From Ptychomitrium polyphyllum (lineage: Eukaryota): a DNA stretch of 64,000 nucleotides. Below the pieces are notes generated by a model. That model ran no database searches. It worked only from the letters and a program-made list of their open reading frames with translations, and was not told the DNA's origin. Made by a program: the position numbers and the translations under genes. The stretch spans positions 8,990,001-9,054,000 of the forward strand of contig OZ316775.1 of the NCBI GenBank assembly GCA_973851085.1, in the 5' to 3' direction. Below, in pieces: positions 1 to 13,645 of this stretch. Every line of letters starts with the position of its first letter. Positions within the stretch are counted from its first letter, which is position 1.

Positions 1-1148
1 GTTCAATTGAGCAGGGCTGCGTGTTGTCAGAATATGTATGAAAGTGTCTTCATCTGTACCCAATCGGGCTACGCCAGCTCGATACAAGGCATGTGCATCG
101 GAAAGTGCGAAGTTGGGGTCCACAGCAAGAGTCTCCGAACGATTTCCTCTAACAAGGGCTAGCAAAAGCTGTAGAGCAAATTTCAATTCAGAAAAAGCCA
201 TTTCATGAATATGCAAAGTTATTGAAGACAAACAACTTGAACACCTACATCGAGACACACTTCCAAATTGTCTATTCTTACACTGACTCCTACTCACCTT
301 CCTGTAATCTCCCGAAGTATCTCCTTCGATCTGACGCTCTAACGTTTGGTGGTACATTGCATGAAAAGCTTGTCTGATTTCATGTATCTGTGATGGAGTG
401 CGCGAGCAGATGATGCCAATCAATGCTACGTCTCTAGTGCCCAATCCCTTCGTTGCGTCGTACACCAAACTTGCATCTCGTTCCGCTGGGGTCATCATCC
501 ACAACAGCATCGCTTTCTGCAAATGAAGCAAATTCAGCCTAACATGCCAATTAATATTCTTAAAGCGTCAAGCCCTATTCTCGAGGATTTCTCAGTGGAT
601 CCCCAAAAATCCCACTCCGCTTAACATTGCCCTTGCAAGCCATACTCTAAAGGACAAATTTGACAACCATCGCATGTACGCTTCGAACTACACCCAGAAA
701 CTGTTTTGAACAAGATGTGCATAATATGGTTATATAATTGAGAAGGTCGTTGACGTAACCACCTCAAGTTTGCCGTGAAGTTCAGATTTCAGGCGTTTGT
801 GAATCGTCTCTCCGTACTGACGCTGATATGCATCGACTATTGCCGTTCGTTGTGGTTGAGTTCTGTGACCAAGAATTTGAATAACCCTCTTCTCATCACA
901 ACCGAACCCTGTCAAAATGCCAACCCATGACCATTGAGTGACGCCAATGGACAGGATTACAGCTACCAATAGTTAATCAACTTCAAAGATTCTCAAAGAC
1001 AGTAGCGAGGATATTTTGTTTACCAGTTGTTGTCATAGTATATTTGAGCAGCTGAGTATTAAAAAAGATGCACACCTCTAAATGCTCGATGAAGACCATG
1101 AACGTCCTCAAACATGTTGAGATACGGTGGTACTGTAATTGTTGACAT
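1..1148 (-). CDS. Annexin (Ca2+/phospholipid-binding protein), 5' part; continues beyond the left edge
   Basis: GT-AG exons 1148-1076, 908-763, 516-298 and 168-<1 splice in frame to MSTITVPPYLNMFEDVHGLHRAFRGFGCDEKRVIQILGHR...LKSELHGKLEKAMLLWMMTPAERDA...LLLALV...RLGTDEDTFIHILTTRSPAQL. It has annexin GxG(T/C)DE repeat motifs, and the 146- and 219-nt exons match typical plant annexin gene structure. Confidence 0.95.
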
Positions 1149-2369
1149 TTTCTCCGTTCAACAATGTCGAATCCCTTTGACCTGGCTTTAAAAACTTGTA
1201 TGAAAATGGAATCTGCTACAAAACAACCATCAAATCATTACACTCCAATGATTCATTGTTGTCCATGTAGCACTCATGACCAACATCGCATGTAACTGTA
1301 AACAAAGCCCAGCTTGTCAGCGAGAGAGGACATAGCTCCTAGTTGCAATTTGTGCTACTTTAGTTTTTCCAAGCATACAATCGAAATTCTCTATGCTGGT
1401 CGTTTTAATTTGGTTTACAACTTTTTCTTGTTAAGGAGATCCATGCCCAAAATCTGCTTTCCGGGCGTTGCAATTCTTTTGCTCCATCTTACATACGTGC
1501 TGAATTCTTATAACAATACTCATCCCACACAATAAAGTAAATCACTAACTATTAAGAACAAACATAGATATATCAATCGCAAAGAACAGCGAGGAACAGG
1601 ACTCTTCAAGAGCTTCACGCAACAGCAGAACCCGCGCTCAGAAACATCTTTAAAATTTGCAGCTTTAAATTAGTGCGTCGAACTATCAAGTTCAAGGGAA
1701 ATGGAAAAAGAAAGAGGCGAAGAAATAGGTATCCAAAGAGATGACTACCACCAAAACCCAAATCATGTGATTCAGCAGAAATTCCAAGCAGCACAAATAC
1801 CCCCTTCAAAACAGACAGAAACGTCTGGGCCCAACTAATCACGTACTCTTCAGCAAATCCAAAACTAGCTTCCTGCAGTCCTTGAACACAAACTTGAAGC
1901 TGGCTCTCACTTGGTCACGAAAACTTTTGCAACAACAAAACGCCAACCTACCCCGCTTATAACAACAAACTAAACCTAGACTTCAGACGCTTCCGATTGC
2001 AACTGTAGTCCGAGGAATATGAAGAGAAACACAACTGTAACGTCGTGCCCAGTGTAACCTAATATATCTAGACCTCCAAGCATAACAGATATCGTAGGCA
2101 GGAAATGAACGCGGCTTCGACCAAGGACGCCAGCAGCCTTCGAGGAAAAGATAAAAACGAAGGAAGGAAGGGATGTTGAGCGAGAAACTAGCGTAACAAG
2201 CTGTACACGGTATGGATCGTTCCCAGTAGAAGCACGCACTGGCCACCATGCAATTCCGGCAAGCTTCCAGTGCAGGAGGTGGCGTGCAAACCGCGGCCAC
2301 CATCGCTGAGTGCGCACTTCAGCAGCTGCTGACATTCTCCAATCTCCGCATCAGCAGTTACAGTCACCC

Positions 2370-2560
2370 CTGCCACGCGTGGGACGCATGGCCCAGGCCA
2401 TCGCGGATTCTTCCGGAACTGTCACTCTCTCCCCTGGATTCCTACCGGAATTGTCACTCACTCTCTCTCTCTGTGGATGAGCTTGCCGTCTTTCCGTGGA
2501 TGAGCGTCGTGGTTGATTTCTCTGTGGATTTCTATTGCCGTCTACGACACGTGTTCTCTG
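2370..2560. promoter_or_regulatory. Candidate cis-elements upstream of the annexin gene (CGCG/CE3-like box, G-box/ABRE, imperfect HSE)
   Basis: CCACGCGTGG at ~2373, GACACGTG at ~2546, and GATtcTTCcgGAA at ~2406 inside a short imperfect direct repeat (2405-2427 / 2436-2459). Motif matches only. Confidence 0.3.
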
Positions 2561-2843
2561 TACGGCGAGCTTCGGGAAAAGCATATGAGAGTTGTTGAGT
2601 CGTGTTAGGTGATCAGGATGAAAGTCATGTTTGTTCGGGGAGGCATCCGAACCATAACTTGTTTTGTTTCTGAGCATGGTTCGTGGTGTTTGTGTTGTTA
2701 GAATAATTTTCTCTTTAATCATCTTTTTTAAAGGATTATATATTTTTAATTTAAATAGAATTTTTATGTAAATATATTATTTTAGAGTAAGTTTGTCTTT
2801 TGATAGTTGGATACTTATGAATGTTTTATGTAAATTCACTTTC

Positions 2844-2918
2844 TTAATTAAAGTCCATGAGATAGTTGCATTATTAAGTTTTTTAATTAAAGTCCATGAG
2901 ATAGTTGCATTATTAAGT
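2844..2918. repeat. Local tandem duplication (36-bp unit, 39-bp period)
   Basis: TTAATTAAAGTCCATGAGATAGTTGCATTATTAAGT occurs at 2844 and 2883. Confidence 0.9.
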
Positions 2919-3315
2919 AAAACATCCTCTCTTTGTGTTTATAAAGTTTAGTTTTTTTATAAATCATAGTCTCTTCCAAACACTATAACACTTCCAACAT
3001 GGGCATCTAAAGAATACTTAAAATTGGCTTCTAAGAGGTTACTTAGCATCAAAGAGGTCTAAAATTTAGGCTCTTTTACCATGCCTTTGACATTGTGAAG
3101 GCTCCTCATTGATTTCTTCAAACATACTTTAAATGCATTCTTACTCATTTAGCGGTGAAAATGAACTTGAGCAAAACTTTCCTGACTTAAGAGGACTTAA
3201 CAACAGATTATTCTTAGTCTCCTGATCTGGAAAGGGTCCACTCGTATTATCATGATAAAAATAATGTGATGTAAATGATGTGACCAGGCACAGCAAGCAA
3301 ACACACAAACACAGT

Positions 3316-3343
3316 CCACGTCAGCACCACATCACCTGAGTCA
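3316..3343 (+). promoter_or_regulatory. bZIP-type motifs upstream of the acyl-CoA dehydrogenase
   Basis: CCACGTCA (3316-3323) and TGAGTCA (3337-3343), about 320-350 nt upstream of the ATG. Motif matches only. Confidence 0.3.
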
Positions 3344-3664
3344 CGCAAATCCTCGGCGCAGACGCATCCAAGCTCGAACATCACGGCTCGAGCTTCTGTC
3401 CAGGTTTTGTATCCACATGCGAAGCGCTTCTCCATGTGGGTGTAGTGACAACTGACTACACCTTGTGTGATTCCAAGGTCTGTTGCGTCATGTGGTGATG
3501 GATCTGCCTTTCTCTTTTAAGTTTGAAGTTTCTATCTGGAAGTTAAAAGTTTGTGTTTTTGAAGCTGTGGTGGAACTTTGCTGAATTGGGGTCATGGAGT
3601 GGCGAGGTTGAAGCCGTCCTTGCGTTGTGAAGTCGTGTTGGAGATTTGCTTTTGCTTGCAGGAG

Positions 3665-6600
3665 ATGGCGAGGTTACAGTTAGGGCGAGTGTTTTTGGGA
3701 TCACAGAGGCGTTGGGGGTCAAGATCATCGCAGCCAAGTTTGGGTCGCTTCTGGTCGTCTGCTGTGACGAAAGCATCGGCGACGTCGTCGGCGAGGGCAG
3801 AATCTCCATCAGCATCTGCGTCGGAGCATGCTGGCGGGAACGTGGCAGAAGCGAACGTGAGGTCGAGGACATGGGACGAGCATCGATTGACTGCAGACCA
3901 ATTGCAGTTCCGTTCTCTTGCTTCGGTGGGTGATCGGTCTTCTTCGTGGTTATGTTTGTGATCATTTATTGAATTGCAATGAGAAGCATGGTGTTTATAT
4001 TAGATCAAGGTGTACAAGTGAGCTTCCTTAGGGTGTGGATGTTGAACTTGTGGGGATTCAGGCCGTGGACATTCAGAAGTGAGGGGGACAGATTGTATTC
4101 AGAACCAACAGATTGGGTGCGCTTCCAAATAGTTTTTGTGTCATGGAAATGTTTTTATGGTTTAGAAACGTGTGGTAATGTTTGACTGCCTTGAACGCAA
4201 AGTTGCATTCATATGTTGTTAACAGTTTCTGCGATCCTCCTATGGAAGCTTGTAACATGTGATGTTTTTTAACATGGTGCAGGACTTTGCAGAGAATGAG
4301 CTGTTACCATTCGCAGCGCAATGGGATGATCAAAAGCATTTCCCCGTGGATGTGTTGCGGAAGGCAGCTAAGCTGGGGTTTGGAGGTATTTTCTGCGGCC
4401 ACGATGTTGGAGGATCGCAGTATGTATTACCTGCCTTCTGTCTTTTTTAGTAGGTCAGGAGCTTCAAGAAGTACTGGACGCGGAGTCTAGGGTTTAGGGT
4501 TGAGACAGAACATTCTTGCGTTTATATATGAATAACTATTTAAAGCGAATGTCAAGCCCTTTTTCGTTTCGGAATACTTTCAGGGCCCATTTTCTGTTTC
4601 TTGGAGTGTTTAGCAAACGTGACTTGAAACATGGTCAAATGATTTTGGCTCTTGGATGCGTCTTGAAACGAATATTGATACTGTAACTAGGTTCGTCACC
4701 TTCTATTGTTTGGGTGGATATTCTAATCCAGGCTTCCACGGGTCTAGAGCCGTTAACTTATTGGACATGGAAAGTATCGATAAAGATTATAGGTTCACTT
4801 CATTATTGCAGCATCGACCAGCTTTGTAGCATCTGAACTAAACCTGAACAGTGGTACTTGAAGAAGCCGGATATTCTGAGCGCCTTGATGATGCACAGGA
4901 GTAATGCATTCTGAACTCTTATCCACTGCAGGTTGAGCCGAGCGGATGGAGCTGTTATATTTGAAGCTCTTGCTTATGCCGACGTGAGCACTACGGCTTA
5001 TCTCACAATTCACAACATGTGTGCTTCCCTTATAGAGCGGTGCGTACCATACTACGTGTTCCTCGTTTTATTGGGCAGGGCTTTGAAGCGACGTAATTTC
5101 ATAGGATCCTCGAAGTGAAGTTTTACTCAATTTGTTGTGCATTATTTATTTCCTTGTTTAGAAGGTGTAGTACCAGCATAAAAATGTTCGGAGTGATTCT
5201 TAGCTGTGAAAGACTATGAAACTGATCCGTAACTGTTGAATGTTTGAGGCCATTAGAGTTAACATGCTCTGTCATGTGGTTTGGCAGATTTGGTGCAGAG
5301 GAACAACGTCAGGGTCTTCTTCCTGAGCTTACTTCTATGGTACATAACCCTTACCCTCAATGGGCTACCAAATTCCTTCAGGCATTTATTGTTGTTGATT
5401 TTTTACCGCTTTATGCTTAAACTTCATTTTGGAGTTAACAAACTTACTGGCCTGGACGTTAAAGCTGAACTTTGGAAGGAGTTTTTCTATGAATTTCACG
5501 GCTCAACGTTGTTCTCTTGTTCTACTAGTTGCAAGTGTTAGGACGCTTGTCAACATTCATGCTTTGTTTTTGTTCTTGAGGAAATTACGTCAAAGAAAAC
5601 CAAGTCTCTCAAATTGTGTTTGCCAGCATTTTGTCTTAACGATCTGTTTTTGGCTGGTGCAGGAATTGTTGTCTTCTTATTGTTTGACAGAACCCAATAG
5701 CGGGAGTGACGCGGCCTCTCTTCAGGTTTGTAAAATGTGATCAAAATTTCTGTTGACTTATTGTTTGCAATGAACATTGATTTTTTAATGCTTGGCAATA
5801 ATGCCGCACTTTGATGTACATATTATCTTGTAATGTTAGCACCAAGGTTCAGGCTGATAGTGTCGATCTTGTGTTCGAACAGACTACAGCACGAAGGGAG
5901 GAAGGAAGCACGGATTACATACTCAATGGAGAGAAAGTAAGTTTATTTAGATGTGTAATTATCTATGTATTCATCAAGTGGTGATTGTATGTTAGCCAGA
6001 GAGCTTAGTCAAGCTTGCAAAGTTCACTGCGTGTGTCACGGTACTTATGTTACGTTGTTGAACTATCGTGTATTCTTTCTGAACAGGCATTCATAAGTGG
6101 TGGTGGTGTTAGTGATGTTTATTTGATAATGGCTCGTACAGGCGAGCCAGGTCCGAAAGGCATTTCATGTTTTTATGTTGAAAAGGTGTGTACTAGCTTT
6201 TCCTCGATTCTTTTTAACTTTTTTTTATTTTTATTTCTTGTGATTGTACCTGCCACAATATTGTGTTGCGTGGTATCATATGAATTATGGATGCCCATCC
6301 AGTTCATATTGGAGCAGAAACATACCTTGTGATTAAGTTCAAGAAACTGGAGTTAAGCATCTACCTTCAGAACCGTAGGACTAGAGATTCTTGTAAACGA
6401 AGTTTTTGATGTTAATTGTGGTTTTGGTCAAAACAGTTTAGAAGGTTGTTATTAGTATGTCTTTATTTTCATATCTTATGCAGGACTTGTATATGTGGCA
6501 GAGTGGACTCATCAGTGATGATTAGGTTCTATTGCAGGAATGCAGAGCATCCCAAGAACCTTAATGTTGAGGTTTAACCATGAAAATCGCGGTGTAATTG

Positions 6601-8594
6601 CATGTAGGACAGCAAAGGCCTGTCTTTTGGGCGCCAAGAAGACAAGCTTGGGTGGCGTTCTCAGCCTACTTCATCGGTGCGTCACTGCGTCTCTTTACCG
6701 TCCATACGTTGTTATTGTTGGTGATTTTTATCACCAGTTCCGAAATTGTTGAATTTAATTTTGATAACCAGTTATCCTGGTTTTTTCAAAATTTCAGCTC
6801 GTTAGCTAGGAGATGCATTCACGATATGGGAATACGATTTATTGTGGGCTGAAGCATGGTTAAAAGCGTCTCAGGTGATCCTCGAAGATGTCCGAGTACC
6901 TGAAAGAAATTTAATTGGGAAGGAAGGACAAGGATTCACTATAGCAATGTCAGCCTTGGATGGGGGTCGCATCAATATTGCTACGTGCAGGTGACTGTCT
7001 ACTATCTTACAACTCACTTGACGTTATCATATGGTAGTCAAGGTCCACACCTCATATCAAACCCCTTGAGATCCTTCAGATACAACCTTAGACACAACCC
7101 TCAGGTTTAAAAATATCCTTTTCAACAATTCCATTGCATGACCGCATAACTCAGTGGAGCAGTGTTTTCACAAGGCTTAGTTTTTTCACTTTGTGGCAGT
7201 GTTGGAGGGGCCCAGTTCTGTGTAGATGCTGCACAAGGCTATGTTTCATCTCGCCAACAAGTAAGAGATAGACTCTTGTTTTTACAACATCGAATTTGGG
7301 CACATTCTTGTTGGATGATATGTGTCTCTTAAAAAGAGGCTTTAAGAGTACACATTGAGTGCTTGAGTGCTTTTTGAAAAAAAATCCATGGTTGACTGTC
7401 TAGCAGTGGGTTCCGAATATTTATGGTATTGTTTTAAATATTTATCATCTGAAATTGTAATTCAAGCTCTGGTGAATTTGATGTCTGCTTCTTCCAATTG
7501 TTGACAGTGTACATGTGGTTAGGATGAATACGAGGTTGCACTAATTTGTTGCTGTTTGGTTGTAGTTTGGCAAAGCTATCATTGACTTTCAAAACACACA
7601 ATTCAAGCTTGCGGATATGCTGACCTCGGTCCAGGCATCCCGCTTTATGGTTTCCAATGCAGCAACAGCTCTGGATTTGAAGTCCCCTTGGGCTTCAGCT
7701 TCGGCTGCCATGGCGAAGAGGTTGGTCAAAAAGGTGTCATGGCCTGCTTTTGAGGTTTACCTTTTGAATCATCAAAACGAGCAGAACTCTATAATATTAT
7801 ATTTTATATTATATCGCAAGCAGATTTCTATTGTTGGAAGTTTCTTCACATATTTTATATTATGCGACTGAATGAATGTATGTTTTAACCCATGATGCTG
7901 ACTGAATGTCTATTTCTATGAGGAAATGTACAAGTAGCAGGATTGAAACTTTCTCATTTGATTCAGCTCTTTGAATTGGCACTATTCATGTTAATAGACC
8001 TGGCATGAGGTGCACTAGTACCAATGGACATTTTTTTTTAATTTTTTGGTTTTGCAGGTTTGCCACTGATGAATGCTATAGTGTTGCCAATGACGCACTT
8101 CAACTTCATGGTGGCTATGGATATTTGAAAGATTATGCGGTTTGTGAACTTGAACCCTTTTCAAGCTCACTCTTCTTGTGGAACAGGAATTTTAAGTATT
8201 TTGTAGCATCGTATTTTGAGGATTGATTACTTAAAAGCATTAGAAACATTTCAATTTACTGATTACTTTTTCTTTTTGCTCATTAGCATTTTTGGCACCA
8301 ACATTCTTCGTATCAGAAATATACACTGTAATTTTTACCAATTGATTAGAGTTTGTTGGTAACTTACTGCATATGTCAATTTGAATCAAATTGGACCCTT
8401 GCTATTCGGCAACAGAGGTATTTAGTCATGGTCTGGAGTATGTCATTGTGCAGTGGAGCTGATTGCGTTATTTTTCGTTCTCATTGCAGGTGGAAAGGTA
8501 TGTAAGAGATCTTCGTGTTCACACAATTTTGGAGGGAACTAATGAGATCATGCGTGTTGTTATATCCCGTCACATGATGAAGTCTCAAGCATAG
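3665..8594 (+). CDS. Mitochondrial acyl-CoA dehydrogenase, isobutyryl-CoA dehydrogenase (ACAD8/IBD)-like, 13 exons, 453 aa
   Basis: GT-AG exons 3665-3925, 4283-4419, 4932-5039, 5288-5339, 5663-5725, 5883-5936, 6087-6185, 6608-6676, 6875-6990, 7200-7260, 7566-7720, 8058-8139 and 8490-8594 total 1362 nt in one frame. Motifs: [92 protein letters not shown]. The R/S-rich N-terminus resembles a mitochondrial presequence. Confidence 0.93.
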
Positions 8595-11499
8595 TTTATC
8601 CTACAGCACCTGTGCAGATCATTTATAGATGTAATTTTTGAACAGTCTTGTAACTGTAGAATACTCACGATATAGGTGAATCTGGATTAAGCTTTTGTGA
8701 CGGATGTAGCTCTTTGTAAATTTGTCTTAGAAATCTTTGAGTTACCTTTGAAAGAGCTCACAAGTACCCTCTATTTGTCCATTCAATTCTCTTGTGCAAC
8801 CTAGTAGTTGCTAGTGTGCTTTTTAAATTCTGTTCAATTCCTTTCTCTTTGTTGCCTTCTTCACTGCACCATGTTATTGCTCTTCCCCCCCCCCCCATGC
8901 TTTCATTGGCCCAATGAGGGAAGTAATGAGTTGGGCAGTTGTACAAGTACTGTTGCAGAAGACGGTGCTTCCTATTAAGCAAACGGAAGTCAAAATGTTA
9001 TCTAAGATGAGAAGTTGAAGCTCATTTAATTCATTTAATATTGTTGAAAATTTTCATTAGTCTACCCTGATGAGGTGAATTCATAAACATCAAATACAAT
9101 TTCAACTTTTGCAAAATTTGTAAATTGCTTTTGTCCACAGTAATGAGATATTTCAGTAAAGTAAGTAACTAAGGTTTAAGATGTGGAATTATGAACACAG
9201 TTTTAATTACATACAGTTTCTTAAACAATAACCTACATGGTTGGAAGTTCACATGTTGTTATGATGGTGGTAGTGTTTAGTAGTTGTTTGTAGGCTTTAG
9301 GAGTGTGGTATGAGAGAAACGATTATTCCAAATGGTTCACTCCAGACCTAAGGAGGCAAGGTTGGATTTTTAGAACTTGTAAAAATGTGAAAAAGGTTAT
9401 TTGAAAGTTAATTAGATTGATTGTGTTTCCTTTGCCATCCATTCTCCTCTTTATTCTCTTCATTCTCTTAGTTGTTGTTGAAGTTAAGAAAATGTTATGT
9501 TTGCCAATCTACTAAATTTGAGGTGTACTCTTGTAGGTTTCAATTGTTGTGCAAGACCAAGTCTATCTGCTTTGGATGCTTATTTATTGTAGGATTGCAT
9601 GCAGCTGCTTTCCTTTACATGAATATGCTATTAAGCACAAATGATGTATGCTTATGAGTAGAAAATTCTTATGAAATTTATCTTAACATATGTGTGCATG
9701 TGTTAGTGGTTTGACTAGATGGAACTGTCTATCTTCATGGAGAATGATATGACAATTTAGAGAGTGCAAATCCTGATGATTCTCTTTGCAGTGAGGCTGT
9801 CAGTGATGTTGTCCATCTGAAGAATGAAAGAATGGAAGAAAACATGATGACAGTCCACATACTGACAGTTCTCAACTGAACACATTGAATGCATTGCCAT
9901 CAGCAAGAATGAGACTGAGAAACAAGGATGATAAGTTACACATTCATTGACAAGTGCCAGAGCAAGGGAGGACATCATTTGATTTCACTTAGAATGGGGA
10001 CTGATGCGTCTAAAGAATTTGTAGGAAATGGTTAGGATTTACTCAACAAACCGACTAGCTTATGAAATACTTACTTCTACGTTATTTAGTCCCATCCATG
10101 ACTTGAACAGGGTACAGAGAGCAGCAAATGCCATGTTAACAAAACTGCCAGTACAGTCCTATGACAATCATAAAGCTTCAGACAAGTGATGAACTCTAGA
10201 TGCACTCAGTCACTAAAAGAATTATGAGGTTAACTTAAGGTGGGCAGGCCCATGGTTGAATGTAACTTATGCCTGTTACAACAACATTTTGAGTGAAAAT
10301 GAATGTAGCAAGTACACTATGGTCTGCATAGGGTGGGTGGCAATATGGGCTTCCAAACTTTCGAAGGGAATCCTTCTCAGTGTAAAACAGTCTTAGATTT
10401 AACTGCTGAGAAGTGGTTACAAAGTAGTGTGTACTACATACTGTTTACCTACCTATGATGAATCACTCTCAATTTCAAGGAACAATGTGCACAAATCTGA
10501 CAGTGCTCTCAATAGCAGTAAAGAGCCAAAAGGAAAACAGACACCAGAAGGCTAACAGACCTCAGAAAGGTAAAGTACAAACAAAGAAGAGACAAGTAAG
10601 GTACCTAAAAGAATGCCAACAGCCAGTAGAAATGACAAACTATATTTAAATGATACGTTGATGTATGCGACAAGAGCACAGTAATTGCAACCTCCGCAAG
10701 TAAATCACACCATTAAATTACAAGCCATACGCAACCTTTTCAGTGTACTTCTCATCTGAAATTCTGATAGCAAGTTCCTTAAGTTGCAACTTGCACATCA
10801 TTCCTTCAATTCATTGCACTATTATCTTCAATTATCTGGGAGAGGCAAAGGCTGTGACCCTTGTCCGGCGCCAATGGCCTCAGAAATCAATGTTTGAGGA
10901 AGGACAGGGCATGCAGAGGCACTGAGGTGGTGGCAGCAGCAGTCCTTATGCAAGTGCAGGCTATGAATTTTAAACAGCAATTTGAGGGGGAGCCATGACA
11001 ACAGTTTTCCAAAAGGTGAGAAACACAGGCTCCGTTCTGTTAGAGAGGCCAGTAGTTGGCTTTGATTGCTGGATTTATATCTTGCTGTTTCAATGAATAT
11101 CACTTGCTCATCCATCCAAGAGATTGAGGCAGCATCAGTCAACATACCACAAAGGAGACTTTGCCAGGTTTCTCTTTTTGGATGGGCTACTCAGAAACTC
11201 CCTCACACCAGGTCTTCTTAGGCTGGTCGGTGGGTAAAATTGACCACCAGGTGAGCCCTGCTCCATGGAACTGGCACTCTTGATGATCCCATGTGTAGCA
11301 TTCTAGGATGCAGCTAGCCAGATAGAATGGGTTTGCGGAACCTGCTTGTGCAGCAGCCAGGCCAGCAGTGTTACACTAGACCCTAACTTTGAACTTGGGG
11401 GTCCATAGTGTCCAATGGCCACAATTTCATAGTCTCAAGGGAATCCAACAACATGGGAAGGATAAACTATACTAAAATTTCTTCTGTGTCATTTTCACA

Positions 11500-12950
11500 T
11501 AGAGTATGATACCAAAATGAATGTGTGCCTTATCTCATATCAATGAGATGTCCTCTTGACATTAAAAAGAATTAAATGGCATAGGCCAAGGTACCATCAA
11601 AGTGACATGAAATTGATGAATTATCCATTGATGTCATTTGTGATCTTAAACAAATATGTTCAACACACTGTACACTTAGAATGCCCCTCGCGCTTTGTCA
11701 ACATTCTACACAGTTTTTCATAAATAATACTATTTTTGCATATTTTATGAATTTATTTACATTGCCAGCATCTCCATATATCATTGTATTGTGTCTCATT
11801 AACACTATTTCCTTAAAATTGCAAAGAAGGTATGGAAATTTTACATTTTATGAAAATAGCCTTATGCAACTTTTTGAAGAGTAAAATACAAATTTATAAA
11901 GATTGGTCTACCTCCATTTTGCTCTTCAATTTAATATGTTGAAGAATTTATTTTCATTGCACATTCATTTTTAACAAAGATTTTGTTAGTTATTATATTT
12001 TAAGTTAGAAAAAAATTTAAGAATGCCAAAAATGATGGTTGAATACAACATTAAACTAAAATAAATGTAAGATAATTTAGTAATTCAATATAATAAGAGA
12101 TACTTCTTTGAGACATTTTTCAAAATATCTTAACTTTAAAATGTTTAGAACAAGCCCCTTTTAAATTGGTAGAATATTTTGATATAATGATGAGTTATAT
12201 TTAAGAATTTTATTTAAGTAAATCAATTTTATCCATTTTGCTTCAAACTTTTGAATTCAAATTTCATATTTTTTTTAATTCAAAATCATCAACATATTTT
12301 ATTTTAGTTATTTTCTTTATTTTTATTAGTTTAAAAATTTAAGGATAATAATTGAAATTTATATGAACAATTTAAATGTCTACCTTGAAATTTCATAATA
12401 ATTGAAACATATTCAAATTACTATAATTTTTTAGAAGAAATGAAGGCGATTGAGATGCGCATCATAATAAGCTAAAATGTTATTTTACTATATTTTGAAA
12501 TTTTTGATAGAAACTCCAATGTGAATTTCAAAAAATTTCATTGCCATAACTCTTGTGATGTTAAGAATTCAAGAAAATTACAAAATATGTTATAAGTTAC
12601 ATCATTAATTTCATAAAACACCATATTCATAATTATGGGAAATTCCAAAATTTCAAAATAAACTCAAAAATGAAATAGATTCAAAAGAGGTTAAATTTAT
12701 TAAAGATGATTATCATGTTTTTGAAGTTATAGAGCAAGTTTCTTGCCAATAGATGAGCCACAATAGCCATAAAGCATTGAATTTATACTTAAATGGTTTA
12801 TAAAATACATAATTTAACTTGATTTGAGTTAAATCAATATAGACTATTATAATCCAAAAATTATTGTTTTATCCCACTATAATGAATATTGTGTTGTAAC
12901 TTCTTCTTAACATTTTGAAGAAGTTTTCAAACAGTTTTTTCAAAGATATG
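11500..12950 (-). mobile_element. Very decayed AT-rich DNA transposon remnant, possibly hAT-like
   Basis: Minus-strand traces such as FMAIVAH (~12760-12775) resemble the hAT YMA(I/V)TAH motif. No intact ORF and no TIRs seen. Confidence 0.2.
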
Positions 12951-13144
12951 AAAGAATATTTGCAAAAAAATCACTAAGTAAAATAAAGTCAGATGTAAAG
13001 TAGTTAATAAGTAATTTCCATCTTTGTGAGAATGTTTAAAAATGCTCCTGTAGTATCATGATGTGATGTTATATACAGGGAGTATGTAGCAGATTTGCAA
13101 ATCCATCACTTAAAGTAAGAAATTGCGAACGGAGGTGGATTGTT

Positions 13145-13201
13145 AAGCATTTCAGAGTGAATGTGTGTCAAGTATTTCAGAGTGAAAGTGTGTCAAGCAT
13201 T
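13145..13201. repeat. 25-bp tandem duplication
   Basis: AAGCATTTCAGAGTGAATGTGTGTC followed by AAGTATTTCAGAGTGAAAGTGTGTC and a partial third copy. Confidence 0.85.
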
Positions 13202-13413
13202 ATGGTCATTGAATATAAGCAGATGCGTGTTAGGGCTGCTTCATACCATCTCCCATAGGAAAATGGGAGAAGAAAAGTATTCAACTTCAAATATGAATAC
13301 TTCCATGCGAGAAGATGGGGAGACAATAAAATTTTGAAGATGAAAAAAGTTATTCTTGTACATAAGCTCTTGGGTTGTCATTTCAAGAACACTCTCAATA
13401 AATGTTGTTATGT

Positions 13414-13562
13414 AGACTGCCAACTTATTCTCATTCATCTTCAAATTATTTCTTCATTACACAGACTGCCAACTTATTCTCATTCATCTTCAAATTATTT
13501 CTTCATTACACAGACTGCCAACTTATTCTCATTCATCTTCAAATTATTTCTTCATTACACAG
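13414..13562. repeat. Perfect 49-bp tandem repeat, 3 copies
   Basis: AGACTGCCAACTTATTCTCATTCATCTTCAAATTATTTCTTCATTACAC starts at 13414, 13463 and 13512. Confidence 0.97.
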
Positions 13563-13585
13563 CAAAACAAGGTGTAAATACTTCG

Positions 13586-13645
13586 GAAATTTTTTGACCA
13601 ATCATGTTACTGAAATTTTTTGACCAATCATGTTACTGAAATTTT
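13586..13645. repeat. 26-bp tandem repeat, about 2.3 copies
   Basis: GAAATTTTTTGACCAATCATGTTACT at 13586 and 13612, partial copy at 13638. Confidence 0.92.

Noticed and set aside
1976..2722. Several 100-120 aa ORFs upstream of the annexin
   Set aside because: They overlap in multiple frames within a GC-rich promoter/leader and have no recognisable motifs.
10850..10920. Fold-back CCCTTGTCC/GGACAGGG with a miR171-like GCGCCAAT
   Set aside because: Large asymmetric bulge, and only an 8-nt match to miR171.
13414..13562. Repeat array as a CRISPR
   Set aside because: The units are contiguous with no spacers, the context is eukaryotic, and there are no cas genes.
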